Shown in pieces: positions 7,438 to 16,936 of a stretch of 64,000 bases of DNA (within the stretch, counting starts at the first letter, position 1; every line of letters begins with the position of its first letter). The stretch comes from a virus. Its lineage: Duplodnaviria > Caudoviricetes. A model generated the notes under the pieces. That model did no database searches and was not told the DNA's origin. It saw nothing but the letters and a program-made list of their open reading frames with translations. The DNA lies in the IMG/VR virus record IMGVR_UViG_3300032220_001032, positions 1,163 through 65,162 of that record; one strand, 5' to 3'. The position numbers and the translations under genes are program-made.

Positions 7438-9603
7438 TCAGGCAATCAGATCAACAAACGAAGAGAGCAGTTTCTTATTTGTTTTCTTTCTACCAAGCAT
7501 CTTCACAAATGCAGATTTGATTTTAGCATTTGTTGCACCTTCCTCTACATCAAAGGATTCATCCTGAGACAGAGAGTTAGTAGGAAGAACATTGAATTGA
7601 TCAAATCCAGTACCAGTAAAGGTAATGAATTGTTCTTTCTTATACTTTGCTCTTACTTGGTCATAGGAACCACACTCTTTGCCATACCATTGATAGCAGT
7701 TATGGAAATCTTTACCAGGAACAACTCTGAAGTTGATAAAGTTTACAGTAGGAAACTTATCCTTCAGTGAAGTAAGAAGAACTTTGGCATACTGTGGGAA
7801 GTTAGCATACTCAAAGGAAGGATAGATTCTTCCAGTCTTCCTATCACGCAGAGTTGTTTTATAGTTTTTAGTGTAACCAATATAATCCTCACCATAATTA
7901 CTTTTCTTGACCTTGGTGATTGCATTGACATAACCTTCACCATCAGTCAGAAAGACAACATTGACTTTTTGAAGTTTATTCTCTCTCTGAAACTGAGGGA
8001 TCAAAGAATGCAGAGCAATCATGGTATCACCAAGAGGAGAACCAGACAGTTCAAGATGACGAGGATAACCAAAGTTTCCCTTCTGAAATGCCCAGCAACA
8101 TGCCCAGATATTCTTCATCTGCTCTTCCATTTCACGAGCATTGACTTTGCTGGTGAAGATATTTAGAAGTCTAAATGATTTTTCTGGAGCAAGTACAGCA
8201 TCCTTCATCTCAATCACATTAGGATGATTGGGTTGAATATCAACATAAGCATTGCAATCCACACTGAAAGCATAGACTTCAAATGGAATATTGACTTTTC
8301 TACAGAACCAAATCAGGTTGAACAGTTGCTTACAAGTATCCAGCATCCAATGTGCCATAGAACCTGACCAGTCAAGGATAAAGATCAGTCCATGATTCTT
8401 GCCATCAGGAATCACTGAAACCTTCCTGAACAGGTCCTCATTGTACTTGTAAGTGTGGAGTTTGGAAGTATCCAACACACCAGTTCTTGCAGTTGTAGAA
8501 CGTGCATACTGATCTGCAGATTTCTTACACTCAAACTCTTTGACAAGGTAATTAACTTCCTTGACTGCAGAAGATTTGTACTGCTGGAATTCTTGAATCA
8601 CAGCAGGATATTCTCCACGAACCCAAGTATTTGCATCTTTACTGTAATACTCAGATGCTTTCTCATGGATGTAGGAATTGGGAATGATTACATTCTCAAG
8701 ATACACCTTAGGAAGTTCTACATAGGTAGTTTCCTGAGCATAAGTATTGGTAAGATTCTGAGACTTTTCATCAAAGGATTGTGAAGTTTTAGACTCAAGT
8801 TCATCAACATCACCATGCTCTCTAGATGCTTCATTGCCACCACCATCAGGTGCTTCCTGTTGCATGGTAACATCAGATTCATCCTCAAAATCCTCACCAG
8901 AAGTAGAAGATGATTGAGATTCTTGTTCAATTTCAGTCTTATCACCATTCTCAGATTCACCTTGATTTTGTTCAGAATTCTGAGGAAGATCTACTTCTTC
9001 CCCACTTTCCCCCTGATTTTGAACAATTTCAGGCATTTCAGTGAGTTCCTTACGCTTGTACTTGACAAACTCAACAATCTCACGAGCAATATCAAGAACT
9101 TCTTTAAAAGTTTCCAGTTTGCTGATGCGAGTCAGAAACTCATTCTCTTCATCAGAGAAAGCAATGTTATGAAATGCACCAATCTTGAAATACATGTTGA
9201 TGCGATCAATGAATGAAAGATCATCCAGATTAGTATCCTGAGTAGAGAAGAAATCCTCAGCATTCAGTTCATTGTAACCATTGTAGAAAGTCTTAGAAAG
9301 ACCAGGATATTTTTTCTTCATCAGACGCTCTACACGAACATCTTCAATCACATTGATAAAATCCTTAGGAACATCAGGATAATCAATGGTCCAATCAATG
9401 TTGTCAGTGAACAGAGCATGACCAACCTCATGACCAACAAGAAGGTCATAAACAGTTGCAGATGCTTTATCCCACATAGGCAGAGTCAGAACCCTGCGAT
9501 CCACATCAAAACATGCTGTAGGCACTTTCTTGTGCTCAATGATAAGATTCTCAGTTGCCAAGCATTTGGCAAGAGAACCTTTAACTTCAAGATTGACTGG
9601 CAT
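7438..9603 (-). CDS. CobT-like vWA protein with N-terminal HExxH metallopeptidase-like domain
   Basis: HEVGH + NVIED, acidic linker, MIDAS DWSGS, FLTDGE; start MPVNLEVKG. Confidence 0.85.
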   Translation of the reverse strand: MPVNLEVKGSLAKCLATENLIIEHKKVPTACFDVDRRVLTLPMWDKASATVYDLLVGHEVGHALFTDNIDWTIDYPDVPKDFINVIEDVRVERLMKKKYPGLSKTFYNGYNELNAEDFFSTQDTNLDDLSFIDRINMYFKIGAFHNIAFSDEENEFLTRISKLETFKEVLDIAREIVEFVKYKRKELTEMPEIVQNQGESGEEVDLPQNSEQNQGESENGDKTEIEQESQSSSTSGEDFEDESDVTMQQEAPDGGGNEASREHGDVDELESKTSQSFDEKSQNLTNTYAQETTYVELPKVYLENVIIPNSYIHEKASEYYSKDANTWVRGEYPAVIQEFQQYKSSAVKEVNYLVKEFECKKSADQYARSTTARTGVLDTSKLHTYKYNEDLFRKVSVIPDGKNHGLIFILDWSGSMAHWMLDTCKQLFNLIWFCRKVNIPFEVYAFSVDCNAYVDIQPNHPNVIEMKDAVLAPEKSFRLLNIFTSKVNAREMEEQMKNIWACCWAFQKGNFGYPRHLELSGSPLGDTMIALHSLIPQFQRENKLQKVNVVFLTDGEGYVNAITKVKKSNYGEDYIGYTKNYKTTLRDRKTGRIYPSFEYANFPQYAKVLLTSLKDKFPTVNFINFRVVPGKDFHNCYQWYGKECGSYDQVRAKYKKEQFITFTGTGFDQFNVLPTNSLSQDESFDVEEGATNAKIKSAFVKMLGRKKTNKKLLSSFVDLIA

Positions 9604-9637
9604 GTGTGATTTCTTTACTGTCCTTACAGGATAGCAT

Positions 9638-9664
9638 AAAAAAGGAGGGGCACCACCCCCTCCT
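9638..9664 (-). terminator. Intrinsic terminator overlapping the vWA gene promoter
   Basis: AGGAGGGG-loop-CCCCTCCT followed by a T tract. Confidence 0.7.
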
Positions 9665-9741
9665 AGGACACTAATTAAACCGTCCACCACCAAAGACGGG
9701 TCTGGGGTCTCAAAGTCACAAAGAACCCTCAAGACTTTTAC

Positions 9742-9800
9742 ACTATACCATGACCATATAGGGGTGTCAAGTTGACAAGATCTCAAACCATGAGTAGGAT
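9742..9800. promoter_or_regulatory. Back-to-back divergent sigma70 promoters
   Basis: Minus TTGACA-N17-TATAGT; plus TTGACA-N17-TAGGAT; -35 boxes one base apart (TGTCAA-G-TTGACA). Confidence 0.6.
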
Positions 9801-9814
9801 CACTCTGTTAAGGT

Positions 9815-10510
9815 TCAAGATAATATATTAAAGAAAAATACTTGAAATAATCTACTGTTTTCTGGAATATCTCCAAAGTATCCTGTTGCAGTATGAAATT
9901 GTTTTGCATTATAAATTACACATCTATTGTATACATTTTCAACATAATCAATCTCTTCCCAACACTTAGGATTTAAAATTTCATCTACTGGAATAAAGTC
10001 ATAATATTGTTCATGAGTTTTTTTGCTTCTTTTATGTTTATAAAATGCAGTTCCACATCTAGATGGAGGATTTGGATGTAGATATACTACTGCAGCATAA
10101 TCATTTCTTTTATCTGCATGTACCCAAGTTTTAGAATCTCTTGTACAATATTGGAAAGACCCATTTGAAATAGTATTATCATCACAAATAACTAAATCAC
10201 TATTTTTTATTTTTAATTCATTAGTATCAAAATCATATTCTAAAAAATCATAATCAGTTTGGTTTAAATTTATTGTTTGTTGAAAAATCCATCTTTTTGG
10301 ATCTATTTTTAGATTAGTTTCTTTTTCTATTTTTTCTTTATTAATTAGTAAATTATTTAAAGGGCAGTTTGTTCTGTAACCAGGAAAAGCTCTTAATCCA
10401 AATTGTTTTTCTCTTCCTATTTCTGAATTTTTATTCAAAGAATCTATAGCAAGATCTCTAATATTATTTGGAGATTCATACCAATTATCAATAATATAAT
10501 ATTCACTCAT
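9815..10510 (-). CDS. 2OG-Fe(II) oxygenase (DUF6445-like)
   Basis: WVHAD...AAVVYL...FHTA...SRLFQVFFF (HxD...H...R). Confidence 0.8.
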   Translation of the reverse strand: MSEYYIIDNWYESPNNIRDLAIDSLNKNSEIGREKQFGLRAFPGYRTNCPLNNLLINKEKIEKETNLKIDPKRWIFQQTINLNQTDYDFLEYDFDTNELKIKNSDLVICDDNTISNGSFQYCTRDSKTWVHADKRNDYAAVVYLHPNPPSRCGTAFYKHKRSKKTHEQYYDFIPVDEILNPKCWEEIDYVENVYNRCVIYNAKQFHTATGYFGDIPENSRLFQVFFFNILS

Positions 10511-11262
10511 ATTTGAACTTGAAAAACAAAATTGGGATCTATAAAATCGAAGAAAAATACTTGAGTCAATCTAGAGTTTTCTGCTGTTGTTCCAAAAAAT
10601 TTAGATGCTGTATGAAAATACTTTCCTTCATAAATTATGCATCTATTGTATACATTTTCAACATAATCAATTTCTTCCCAACTATCTTCATTTAAAGATT
10701 CTTCTGGAGAGAGAAATTCAAAATTAGACTCTTCTAATGTACCATTATTTAATATCTCAGTTGAAATATAAGATTTTCCAGTTTTTTTTCTTTTATGGAA
10801 AGAAGTTCCTGTTCCTTTTGGAGGGTCTGGGTGTAAATATATTACTGCAGCCCATTCACTTCCTTGATCAGAATGAATCCAACTTGTAGTGCCTTCTGGA
10901 ATATATTGAAAACTACAATTACTAGATCTAGAGTGGAAATCTATATGTAAATTGTGTTCTTTTAATTTTGGTTTCATGGCAAGCATGTCCATTTCAAACA
11001 AACTTAAGTCTTCACAATCTACAGAAGACTTACATATCCATGAAGTTTCTTTGATTCTATTACTTAAATGTGCTTGAAATTTTTTTAAATTTAAAACTGC
11101 ATTATCTACTGTAGTTTTACATCTAAATCCAGGATAAAACCCAGGAAATCCTCCATTTTGATCAGAGTTTCCATTAGTAGATTCTATTTTAAATCTTTCT
11201 AAAGCTAAATTGCGAATTTCATCTGGATCATCATACCAGTTATCTATAATTTTATGAATCAT
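10507..11262 (-). CDS. 2OG-Fe(II) oxygenase (DUF6445-like)
   Basis: WIHSD...AAVIYL...FHTA...SRLTQVFFF; paralogue of neighbour. Confidence 0.8.
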   Translation of the reverse strand: MIHKIIDNWYDDPDEIRNLALERFKIESTNGNSDQNGGFPGFYPGFRCKTTVDNAVLNLKKFQAHLSNRIKETSWICKSSVDCEDLSLFEMDMLAMKPKLKEHNLHIDFHSRSSNCSFQYIPEGTTSWIHSDQGSEWAAVIYLHPDPPKGTGTSFHKRKKTGKSYISTEILNNGTLEESNFEFLSPEESLNEDSWEEIDYVENVYNRCIIYEGKYFHTASKFFGTTAENSRLTQVFFFDFIDPNFVFQVQI

Positions 11263-11279
11263 AATAAAATAATAACAAA

Positions 11280-11675
11280 TTATTCTGGTTTTGGATTTTG
11301 TTCTTTAACTTCTTTGACTGAATTGAACCAAGTACCTTCCGATAAAGCAACACCTGCTTTTATGTCATCATAAAGCATAGCTAATTGTTGTTCTATTTTT
11401 GGATAATTAAGAAATCTATTTCTAGCATATTCTTCTGCTTCCCATTCTGCCATTAATTCTGCTAGTTTAGCATCAGTTTCTTCTACTGTTGGAGGAGGAT
11501 TTGGATTTCCTTCAGACCAATACAAAGTATCCCAATCATAATTGTCTCTTCCAGGAGCTCCGTTATTTCCTGTCGCAAGAGATATTGAAAATCCATGATT
11601 TGGTCTCAATGCAGCAATAGCATCAGGAATTTCTGGTCTTTTCTTAAAGGTTTCTCTTAATTTAGATATTGGCAT
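11280..11675 (-). CDS. Tail-fibre-associated / assembly-chaperone-like protein
   Basis: YARNR..YP.IEQQL.MLYDD...NPKP C-terminus; late promoter ATAAATA at 11696-11702. Confidence 0.6.
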   Translation of the reverse strand: MPISKLRETFKKRPEIPDAIAALRPNHGFSISLATGNNGAPGRDNYDWDTLYWSEGNPNPPPTVEETDAKLAELMAEWEAEEYARNRFLNYPKIEQQLAMLYDDIKAGVALSEGTWFNSVKEVKEQNPKPE

Positions 11676-11710
11676 AATAATCAATCATTTTTCTTTATTT
11701 ATGAAAAAAA

Positions 11711-12274
11711 TTAAGCATAAATTTCAAACAAATATGCATAAGACATTGTGGTTTCATAGGACGCCTGTCCCCAAGAATCAAAAGTTCTGTTTACGAAATT
11801 GTTTTGGCCTCCATTGGGATTTCTTAATGCTAATCCAATATCAACTTTACTTGTAGTGTTGGCAACAAAACTATAATTGATAACATTATTTGCTGGAGTG
11901 GAACTATTATTTCCATCATACCATCCTGGAGAAATGCCAGAATAATTAACATTCCCTATTGAATTATTGTATCCTTGCTCTCCTGCAGTAGTTATTAATC
12001 CCCAAGATCCACTTCCTACTTTTTTAAACACAGTAAAAAGAGTGTCATTATGTATTTCTCCAGAAAGATTCCACTCACACATAATTACATTTGTTGTTCT
12101 TTTTGGGGTTACTGTTAGAACTAAATCTGGAATTCTTGTTCCATCCCCAGTAGTGCATAAAATATTGTATTGTGCAAAGGAAGAAATATAATAAGAATCT
12201 ACTATAGTTCCAGTGACACCAGCTAAACTTCTACCTGATGTATTTTGAACTGTGTTTACATTTAAATATCCCAT
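11711..12274 (-). CDS. Small fibre/virion protein, paralogue 3
   Basis: Shares GE.H, G.YDG..NST and NRT...GQ..YE with two upstream genes. Confidence 0.75.
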   Translation of the reverse strand: MGYLNVNTVQNTSGRSLAGVTGTIVDSYYISSFAQYNILCTTGDGTRIPDLVLTVTPKRTTNVIMCEWNLSGEIHNDTLFTVFKKVGSGSWGLITTAGEQGYNNSIGNVNYSGISPGWYDGNNSSTPANNVINYSFVANTTSKVDIGLALRNPNGGQNNFVNRTFDSWGQASYETTMSYAYLFEIYA

Positions 12275-12303
12275 TTTAGTATCCTCTTAGGTAACACATA
12301 TTA

Positions 12304-12900
12304 TCAATAAGTTCCATTATTAGATATTTCATAAATTACTCCACAAGTTACTGCATTTTCATAGTTATTCTGTCCAGAACTGGCAACTGTTCTATTTAAA
12401 TAGAAAGTACGATCACTTCCTCCAGTTTCAGTTGTTTGTAATGTATATTCAAGTCTCCCTGTCAATTGTGCTGGCCCAAAATATGTAAATACTCTAGTTC
12501 CTAAGGTAGAGTTTGCATCGCCATCATAAAATCCACCAATGTTCCATGACCAATATCCACCAGTATTTCCACCACCTAATTGGTTTGGTCCAGTAGCTCC
12601 TTGCATTGGATTAATATGAGCACCATTTCTAAGAATAAACCAACCAAGATCTCCTTCTGCTGGGGCTTCTCCTGAAATTTGCCATTGACACATGACCCAA
12701 TGATCAGGTGATTCAACATTTTCAAGAACTAAAGCTGGCATGACTAGTTGAGATTCATTACCATACCATTCTCTATATGAATATGAAAAAGTGGTTATGC
12801 TATCGTTCCTAACATAATTACATTGAAGAATATTTCCTCTAAATGGAATGATAGTTTGTCCAGAGAGATTATTTACATAATCTGCGTTTACTGTACTCAT
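12304..12900 (-). CDS. Small fibre/virion protein, paralogue 2
   Basis: Start MSTVNAD; same shared motifs. Confidence 0.75.
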   Translation of the reverse strand: MSTVNADYVNNLSGQTIIPFRGNILQCNYVRNDSITTFSYSYREWYGNESQLVMPALVLENVESPDHWVMCQWQISGEAPAEGDLGWFILRNGAHINPMQGATGPNQLGGGNTGGYWSWNIGGFYDGDANSTLGTRVFTYFGPAQLTGRLEYTLQTTETGGSDRTFYLNRTVASSGQNNYENAVTCGVIYEISNNGTY

Positions 12901-13448
12901 TGTGCTACCTCTATGATTTGTCCTGTAGAAAAACAATTCTCATAATTAGTTTGTCCAACTGCCCCTATAGTTCTGTTTTGATACCAAGTTCTATTTCCCC
13001 CATTAGAACCAAGGAAATACACAGAATAATATCTAGAAGTTGTGCTTCCTGCTATTTGACTGTAAAGTATGCAGTATTTGTTTCCTGTTGAGTTTTGATC
13101 TTGGTCAAAGAATCCTGCAGAATATCCAGACCAGTTATTGGTCCCTGCATTAGAATTATACCCTGTTTCGCCTGCAGTTGTTATAAGAGATCCATCTCTA
13201 TGAATTCTAAAAATTGTATCATGATCATTTACCTCTCCAAATAATTGAAATTTAATAATCAATCTACTATTTGAAAACTTTGGAGCTATGGTTAATCTTA
13301 ATCCAGATATTTCTGTCCATCCACTACTAGAAATTGTAGTAATGGTATCCATCCTAGCATTAACAACCTGAACAACAGCTTGGGGAGATTTGTAAAGTAC
13401 AGACCCCGACCTTTCATTTACGATCTTATCAGTAATTAAAGTGCTCAT
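12897..13448 (-). CDS. Small fibre/virion protein, paralogue 1
   Basis: Same motifs; TATAAATA at 13487-13494. Confidence 0.75.
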   Translation of the reverse strand: MSTLITDKIVNERSGSVLYKSPQAVVQVVNARMDTITTISSSGWTEISGLRLTIAPKFSNSRLIIKFQLFGEVNDHDTIFRIHRDGSLITTAGETGYNSNAGTNNWSGYSAGFFDQDQNSTGNKYCILYSQIAGSTTSRYYSVYFLGSNGGNRTWYQNRTIGAVGQTNYENCFSTGQIIEVAQ

Positions 13449-13486
13449 AAATCTAAGTAACTACAATACTTTACTTTTACTTCCTT

Positions 13487-13494
13487 TATTTATA
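13487..13494 (-). promoter_or_regulatory. T4-type late promoter
   Basis: TATAAATA. Confidence 0.75.
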
Positions 13495-13495
13495 A

Positions 13496-13822
13496 TTAAT
13501 TATCAGATGCAGTCCCTTTAACTATCACTGATCCCTCTATTGCTTTAACTGTTGTTGACCCAGTATCATACAACACATCATAATAATATCTGCCAATTGG
13601 GATTGTTGATGTAACTGTGCTGGCTACTGATAAATTCACCACGCCATTTCCAGAGTAAACAACTGTTATTGGATATGATGTATCTGATCCATAATGTTTT
13701 TTTATTTTAGAGGTTAAAGTGTATCCAGTTAAATTTAATGGAGATCCATTTTGTTTTACTGTTACATTAAGAGAAAAATCTGTTCCTCTGTCTATATTAA
13801 AATTTACATAAGATAAAGACAT
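13496..13822 (-). CDS. Ig-like virion protein (BppU-N-like)
   Basis: IDRGTDFS...NLTGYT...GRYYYDV...EG pattern. Confidence 0.7.
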   Translation of the reverse strand: MSLSYVNFNIDRGTDFSLNVTVKQNGSPLNLTGYTLTSKIKKHYGSDTSYPITVVYSGNGVVNLSVASTVTSTIPIGRYYYDVLYDTGSTTVKAIEGSVIVKGTASDN

Positions 13823-13834
13823 ATTTCTTGTTCC

Positions 13835-16546
13835 TTATAGAATGTTCCAAATGCCACCAGAACTGACAGTAACAGTGATTCCATTATTAATTGTTACAGG
13901 TCCTATACTTGCCTCATTATAAGTTGTTCCAACTGTGTAATTTGCTGCAATTGTTTTTATATTTCTATAAAATGGAACTGTTGTTAATGTTACACTTCCA
14001 GCACAAGTTAATGGTCCATCAAATGCTAGTTCTCCAGTTCCTGGGTTAAAAGTAAATGCTGTTGCACTTGTTCTAACTCTTGGTACTGTGTCTACTCCAG
14101 AACCACTGACAAACATGGGATAATATGTCCCATTAGCAGTTGTATTTGTAGCATTAATTTGATTAGATGGTCCAGGTGCACCTTGGAATCCTTGGAATCC
14201 TTGAGGTCCTTGTGGTCCAATTGCACCAAATGTCCCTTGAGATCCATTAACACCCTGAACACCTTGGAACCCTTGTGCACCTTGAACCCCTTGAGTTCCT
14301 TGTGATCCTTGTGGTCCTCTTGGTCCCTGTGGTCCAATTGGACCATCAGTTCCTTGTCCACCTGAAGCACCAGGAGATCCTTGTGAACCTTGTGGTCCAA
14401 CTGGTCCTTGAGGTCCTTGGAAACCTTGAACACCCTGAGGTCCTCTTTCCCCTTGTGGTCCAATTGGTCCCTGTGGTCCTTGCAAACCTTGAGGTCCTTG
14501 AGCTCCTTGTGGTCCAATTTCTCCTTGAGGTCCATAAGGTCCTTGTGGTCCTTGGAATCCTTGAGCACCTTGAGGTCCTGCATTTCCTTGAGGTCCAAAT
14601 CCTTGTGGACCTTGAGCTCCTGTTACCCCAGTATCCCCTTGATTTCCTTGTGGACCTACAGAACCCTGTGGTCCAATAAATCCTTGAGGTCCCTGTACAC
14701 CTTGAGGTCCTCTGGCACCAGTGGTTCCTTGAGCACCTTGTGGTCCTATATTTCCTTGTGGTCCTATATCTCCTTGGAATCCTTGAGGTCCTTGTGGTCC
14801 TCTAAATCCTTGTGGTCCTTGTCCTCCTTGTGGTCCAGTTACATATCCAGCATCAACATAAGATGTTCCATTACAAACATATAAATGTCCATCTGCAGTG
14901 ACAATATAAGCATCTCCAACTGTAGTTCCATTACAAGTTGGAAGTGCTCCAACAGTTGCATATGCACCCAGAATTTGAATGGCAGTTCCAGGTGCACCTT
15001 GTGGACCTTGGAATCCTTGAGGTCCTTGTGGTCCAATTGGTCCCTGTGGACCTTGAGCACCTTGTGGTCCAGTTCCTTGTGGTCCTTGAGTTCCTTGTGG
15101 TCCTCTAATTCCCTGTGGTCCTTGTGGTCCTGGGTTTCCTTGTGGTCCTTGTGGACCTTGTACACCTTGAGGTCCTCTAGAACCTTGAGGTCCTAATACG
15201 CCTTGAGCACCTTGTGGCCCTTGGAATCCTTGAGGTCCTATATCCCCCTGAATACCTTGAGGTCCTCTAGACCCTTGTGGACCTAATCCTTGAGCACCTT
15301 GTGGTCCAAGTAATCCTTGTGGTCCTCTGTTTCCAACTTCCCCAGGAAGTCCTTGTGGTCCAGTAAGTCCTTGAGATCCTTGAGGTCCTCTAAATCCTTG
15401 AGGACCTTGTGGACCTTGGAATCCTTGGAATCCTTGATTTCCTTGTGGTCCTTGGAATCCTTGAGCTCCTTGTGGACCTTGGAATCCTTGTGGACCTTGT
15501 GGACCAATAAATCCTTGTGGTCCTTGGAATCCTTGTGGTCCTTGTACACCCTGTGGTCCTTGTGGTCCTCTAAATCCTTGAGGTCCTAATTCTCCTTGTG
15601 GTCCCTGTACACCCTGTGGTCCTCTATTTCCTTGAGGTCCAAATCCTTGGGGTCCTTGTACACCTTGAGGTCCTTGTACACCTTGAGGTCCTCTTTCTCC
15701 TTGAGGTCCAATTGCACCTTGAACCCCTTGGAATCCTTGGAAACCTTGTGGTCCTCTAGATCCTTGTGGACCTTGGAATCCTTGTGGTCCCTGTGGTCCA
15801 ATTGGTCCTTGTGGTCCTTGAGATCCTTGTGGTCCTCTAAATCCTTGAGCACCTTGAGGTCCTTGGAATCCTTGAGGTCCTTGTGGTCCTAATCCTCCAG
15901 CAACATTTGTCCAAGTAAATCCTGCTCCTGGACCTAATGATGTTAAAACTTTTGGATATGTTCCTACATCCCCTTCATAGTTAGCAATATCTCCACCAAT
16001 TCTGGTTGTTGTTACACCAATATCTACTCCAACTCTTGGTGTTGTGCTGCCAATACCTAGTCTATTAGTGCCTGGAATGAAAACTAAAGAATTTGGTTTA
16101 ATATCAAAGGCAGTTACAACACCTGGAGCTCTTTGACTTGTAAATCCAATATAGTAAGCATTTGAATCTGATGGTTCATTTGCAGAAATTGATGCTGTAA
16201 TAATTACAGTAGCAATTCCAACTCCACCAGGGACAACTGGCATTACAGTCACGCCAGTTCCAACAAAATTTAACTGAGTAATAGATCCTGCAGTTCCAAT
16301 TATATTTCCTTCATCTCTAACTGTAATTCCTCTATCAATAACTCCTGGAGGAAGTTGTTGCCAATATCTTTTTCCTGGGTCAGTATCTACAGCTACAAGA
16401 ATGTACTGTTGACCAATTGGAGGATTATCACCAGGGGGATCCCCTAAATTAGGTTCAGCTTGATTTAACCCAAGATATTGGTATCTATCAGCTGTTAATC
16501 TGGATTGGGGGGTCTTTATTACCCTGCGACTGACGTACTTTGCCAT
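13835..16546 (-). CDS. Collagen-like fibre protein
   Basis: Well over 100 G-X-Y triplets (GPQ, GFQ, GAQ, GVQ), a globular insert and a fibre-like C-terminus. Confidence 0.9.
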   Translation of the reverse strand: MAKYVSRRVIKTPQSRLTADRYQYLGLNQAEPNLGDPPGDNPPIGQQYILVAVDTDPGKRYWQQLPPGVIDRGITVRDEGNIIGTAGSITQLNFVGTGVTVMPVVPGGVGIATVIITASISANEPSDSNAYYIGFTSQRAPGVVTAFDIKPNSLVFIPGTNRLGIGSTTPRVGVDIGVTTTRIGGDIANYEGDVGTYPKVLTSLGPGAGFTWTNVAGGLGPQGPQGFQGPQGAQGFRGPQGSQGPQGPIGPQGPQGFQGPQGSRGPQGFQGFQGVQGAIGPQGERGPQGVQGPQGVQGPQGFGPQGNRGPQGVQGPQGELGPQGFRGPQGPQGVQGPQGFQGPQGFIGPQGPQGFQGPQGAQGFQGPQGNQGFQGFQGPQGPQGFRGPQGSQGLTGPQGLPGEVGNRGPQGLLGPQGAQGLGPQGSRGPQGIQGDIGPQGFQGPQGAQGVLGPQGSRGPQGVQGPQGPQGNPGPQGPQGIRGPQGTQGPQGTGPQGAQGPQGPIGPQGPQGFQGPQGAPGTAIQILGAYATVGALPTCNGTTVGDAYIVTADGHLYVCNGTSYVDAGYVTGPQGGQGPQGFRGPQGPQGFQGDIGPQGNIGPQGAQGTTGARGPQGVQGPQGFIGPQGSVGPQGNQGDTGVTGAQGPQGFGPQGNAGPQGAQGFQGPQGPYGPQGEIGPQGAQGPQGLQGPQGPIGPQGERGPQGVQGFQGPQGPVGPQGSQGSPGASGGQGTDGPIGPQGPRGPQGSQGTQGVQGAQGFQGVQGVNGSQGTFGAIGPQGPQGFQGFQGAPGPSNQINATNTTANGTYYPMFVSGSGVDTVPRVRTSATAFTFNPGTGELAFDGPLTCAGSVTLTTVPFYRNIKTIAANYTVGTTYNEASIGPVTINNGITVTVSSGGIWNIL
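14165..15895. repeat. Degenerate 9-bp codon repeats encoding collagen triplets
   Basis: ccttgtggt/ccttgaggt arrays, interrupted at about 14840-14985. Confidence 0.9.
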
Positions 16547-16929
16547 TATTGATTAAGAGTTTCCAGAATGCTTACAGTATACTTAAGATGATTTGGAACT
16601 GATGTAGAAATTCCACTCATTACAATTGCATCATTTTTTAATGCTGTTCTTTCCAAAACCAATCTACCTTCAAGAAGAACAAGAGCATCATTTTGAGGAA
16701 CTAATCCGCCTTTAATTAATTCATTATAATCTGTACTAACTCCTGCTTGGCTTCTATTTGTTCTTTTGTGTGTAAATGTTACTGTCCCAATTCCAGAACC
16801 AGTATTTGCAACTTGAGCATAAAGAACAATGCTGGTATAACCAGTTCTAGTATTGTAGATTACTGTATTTTCAGTAGTGCTGACTATGCCAGTTACTGTT
16901 TTGTATGTATTTAGTGGTTGTTGTGCCAT
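16546..16929 (-). CDS. Virion structural protein
   Basis: ORF track; coupled to the collagen gene. Confidence 0.75.
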   Translation of the reverse strand: MAQQPLNTYKTVTGIVSTTENTVIYNTRTGYTSIVLYAQVANTGSGIGTVTFTHKRTNRSQAGVSTDYNELIKGGLVPQNDALVLLEGRLVLERTALKNDAIVMSGISTSVPNHLKYTVSILETLNQ

Positions 16930-16936
16930 CTAGTTT

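Noticed and set aside
6174-7770. Long plus-strand ORFs (236, 180, 125, 127 aa)
   Set aside because: Antisense to the AAA ATPase and vWA genes; no recognisable motifs
9604-9786. N-terminal 61-aa extension of the vWA ORF
   Set aside because: Spans promoters and a terminator; the ATG at 9603 is better supported
14092-15892. Many alternative-frame and antisense ORFs (KDHKD..., WSLWS...)
   Set aside because: Shadows of the GPQ codon repeat; no RBS or promoter support
14165-15895. Tandem repeats as a CRISPR array or DGR template
   Set aside because: In-frame 9-bp coding repeats with no spacers; no cas or reverse transcriptase gene in the window
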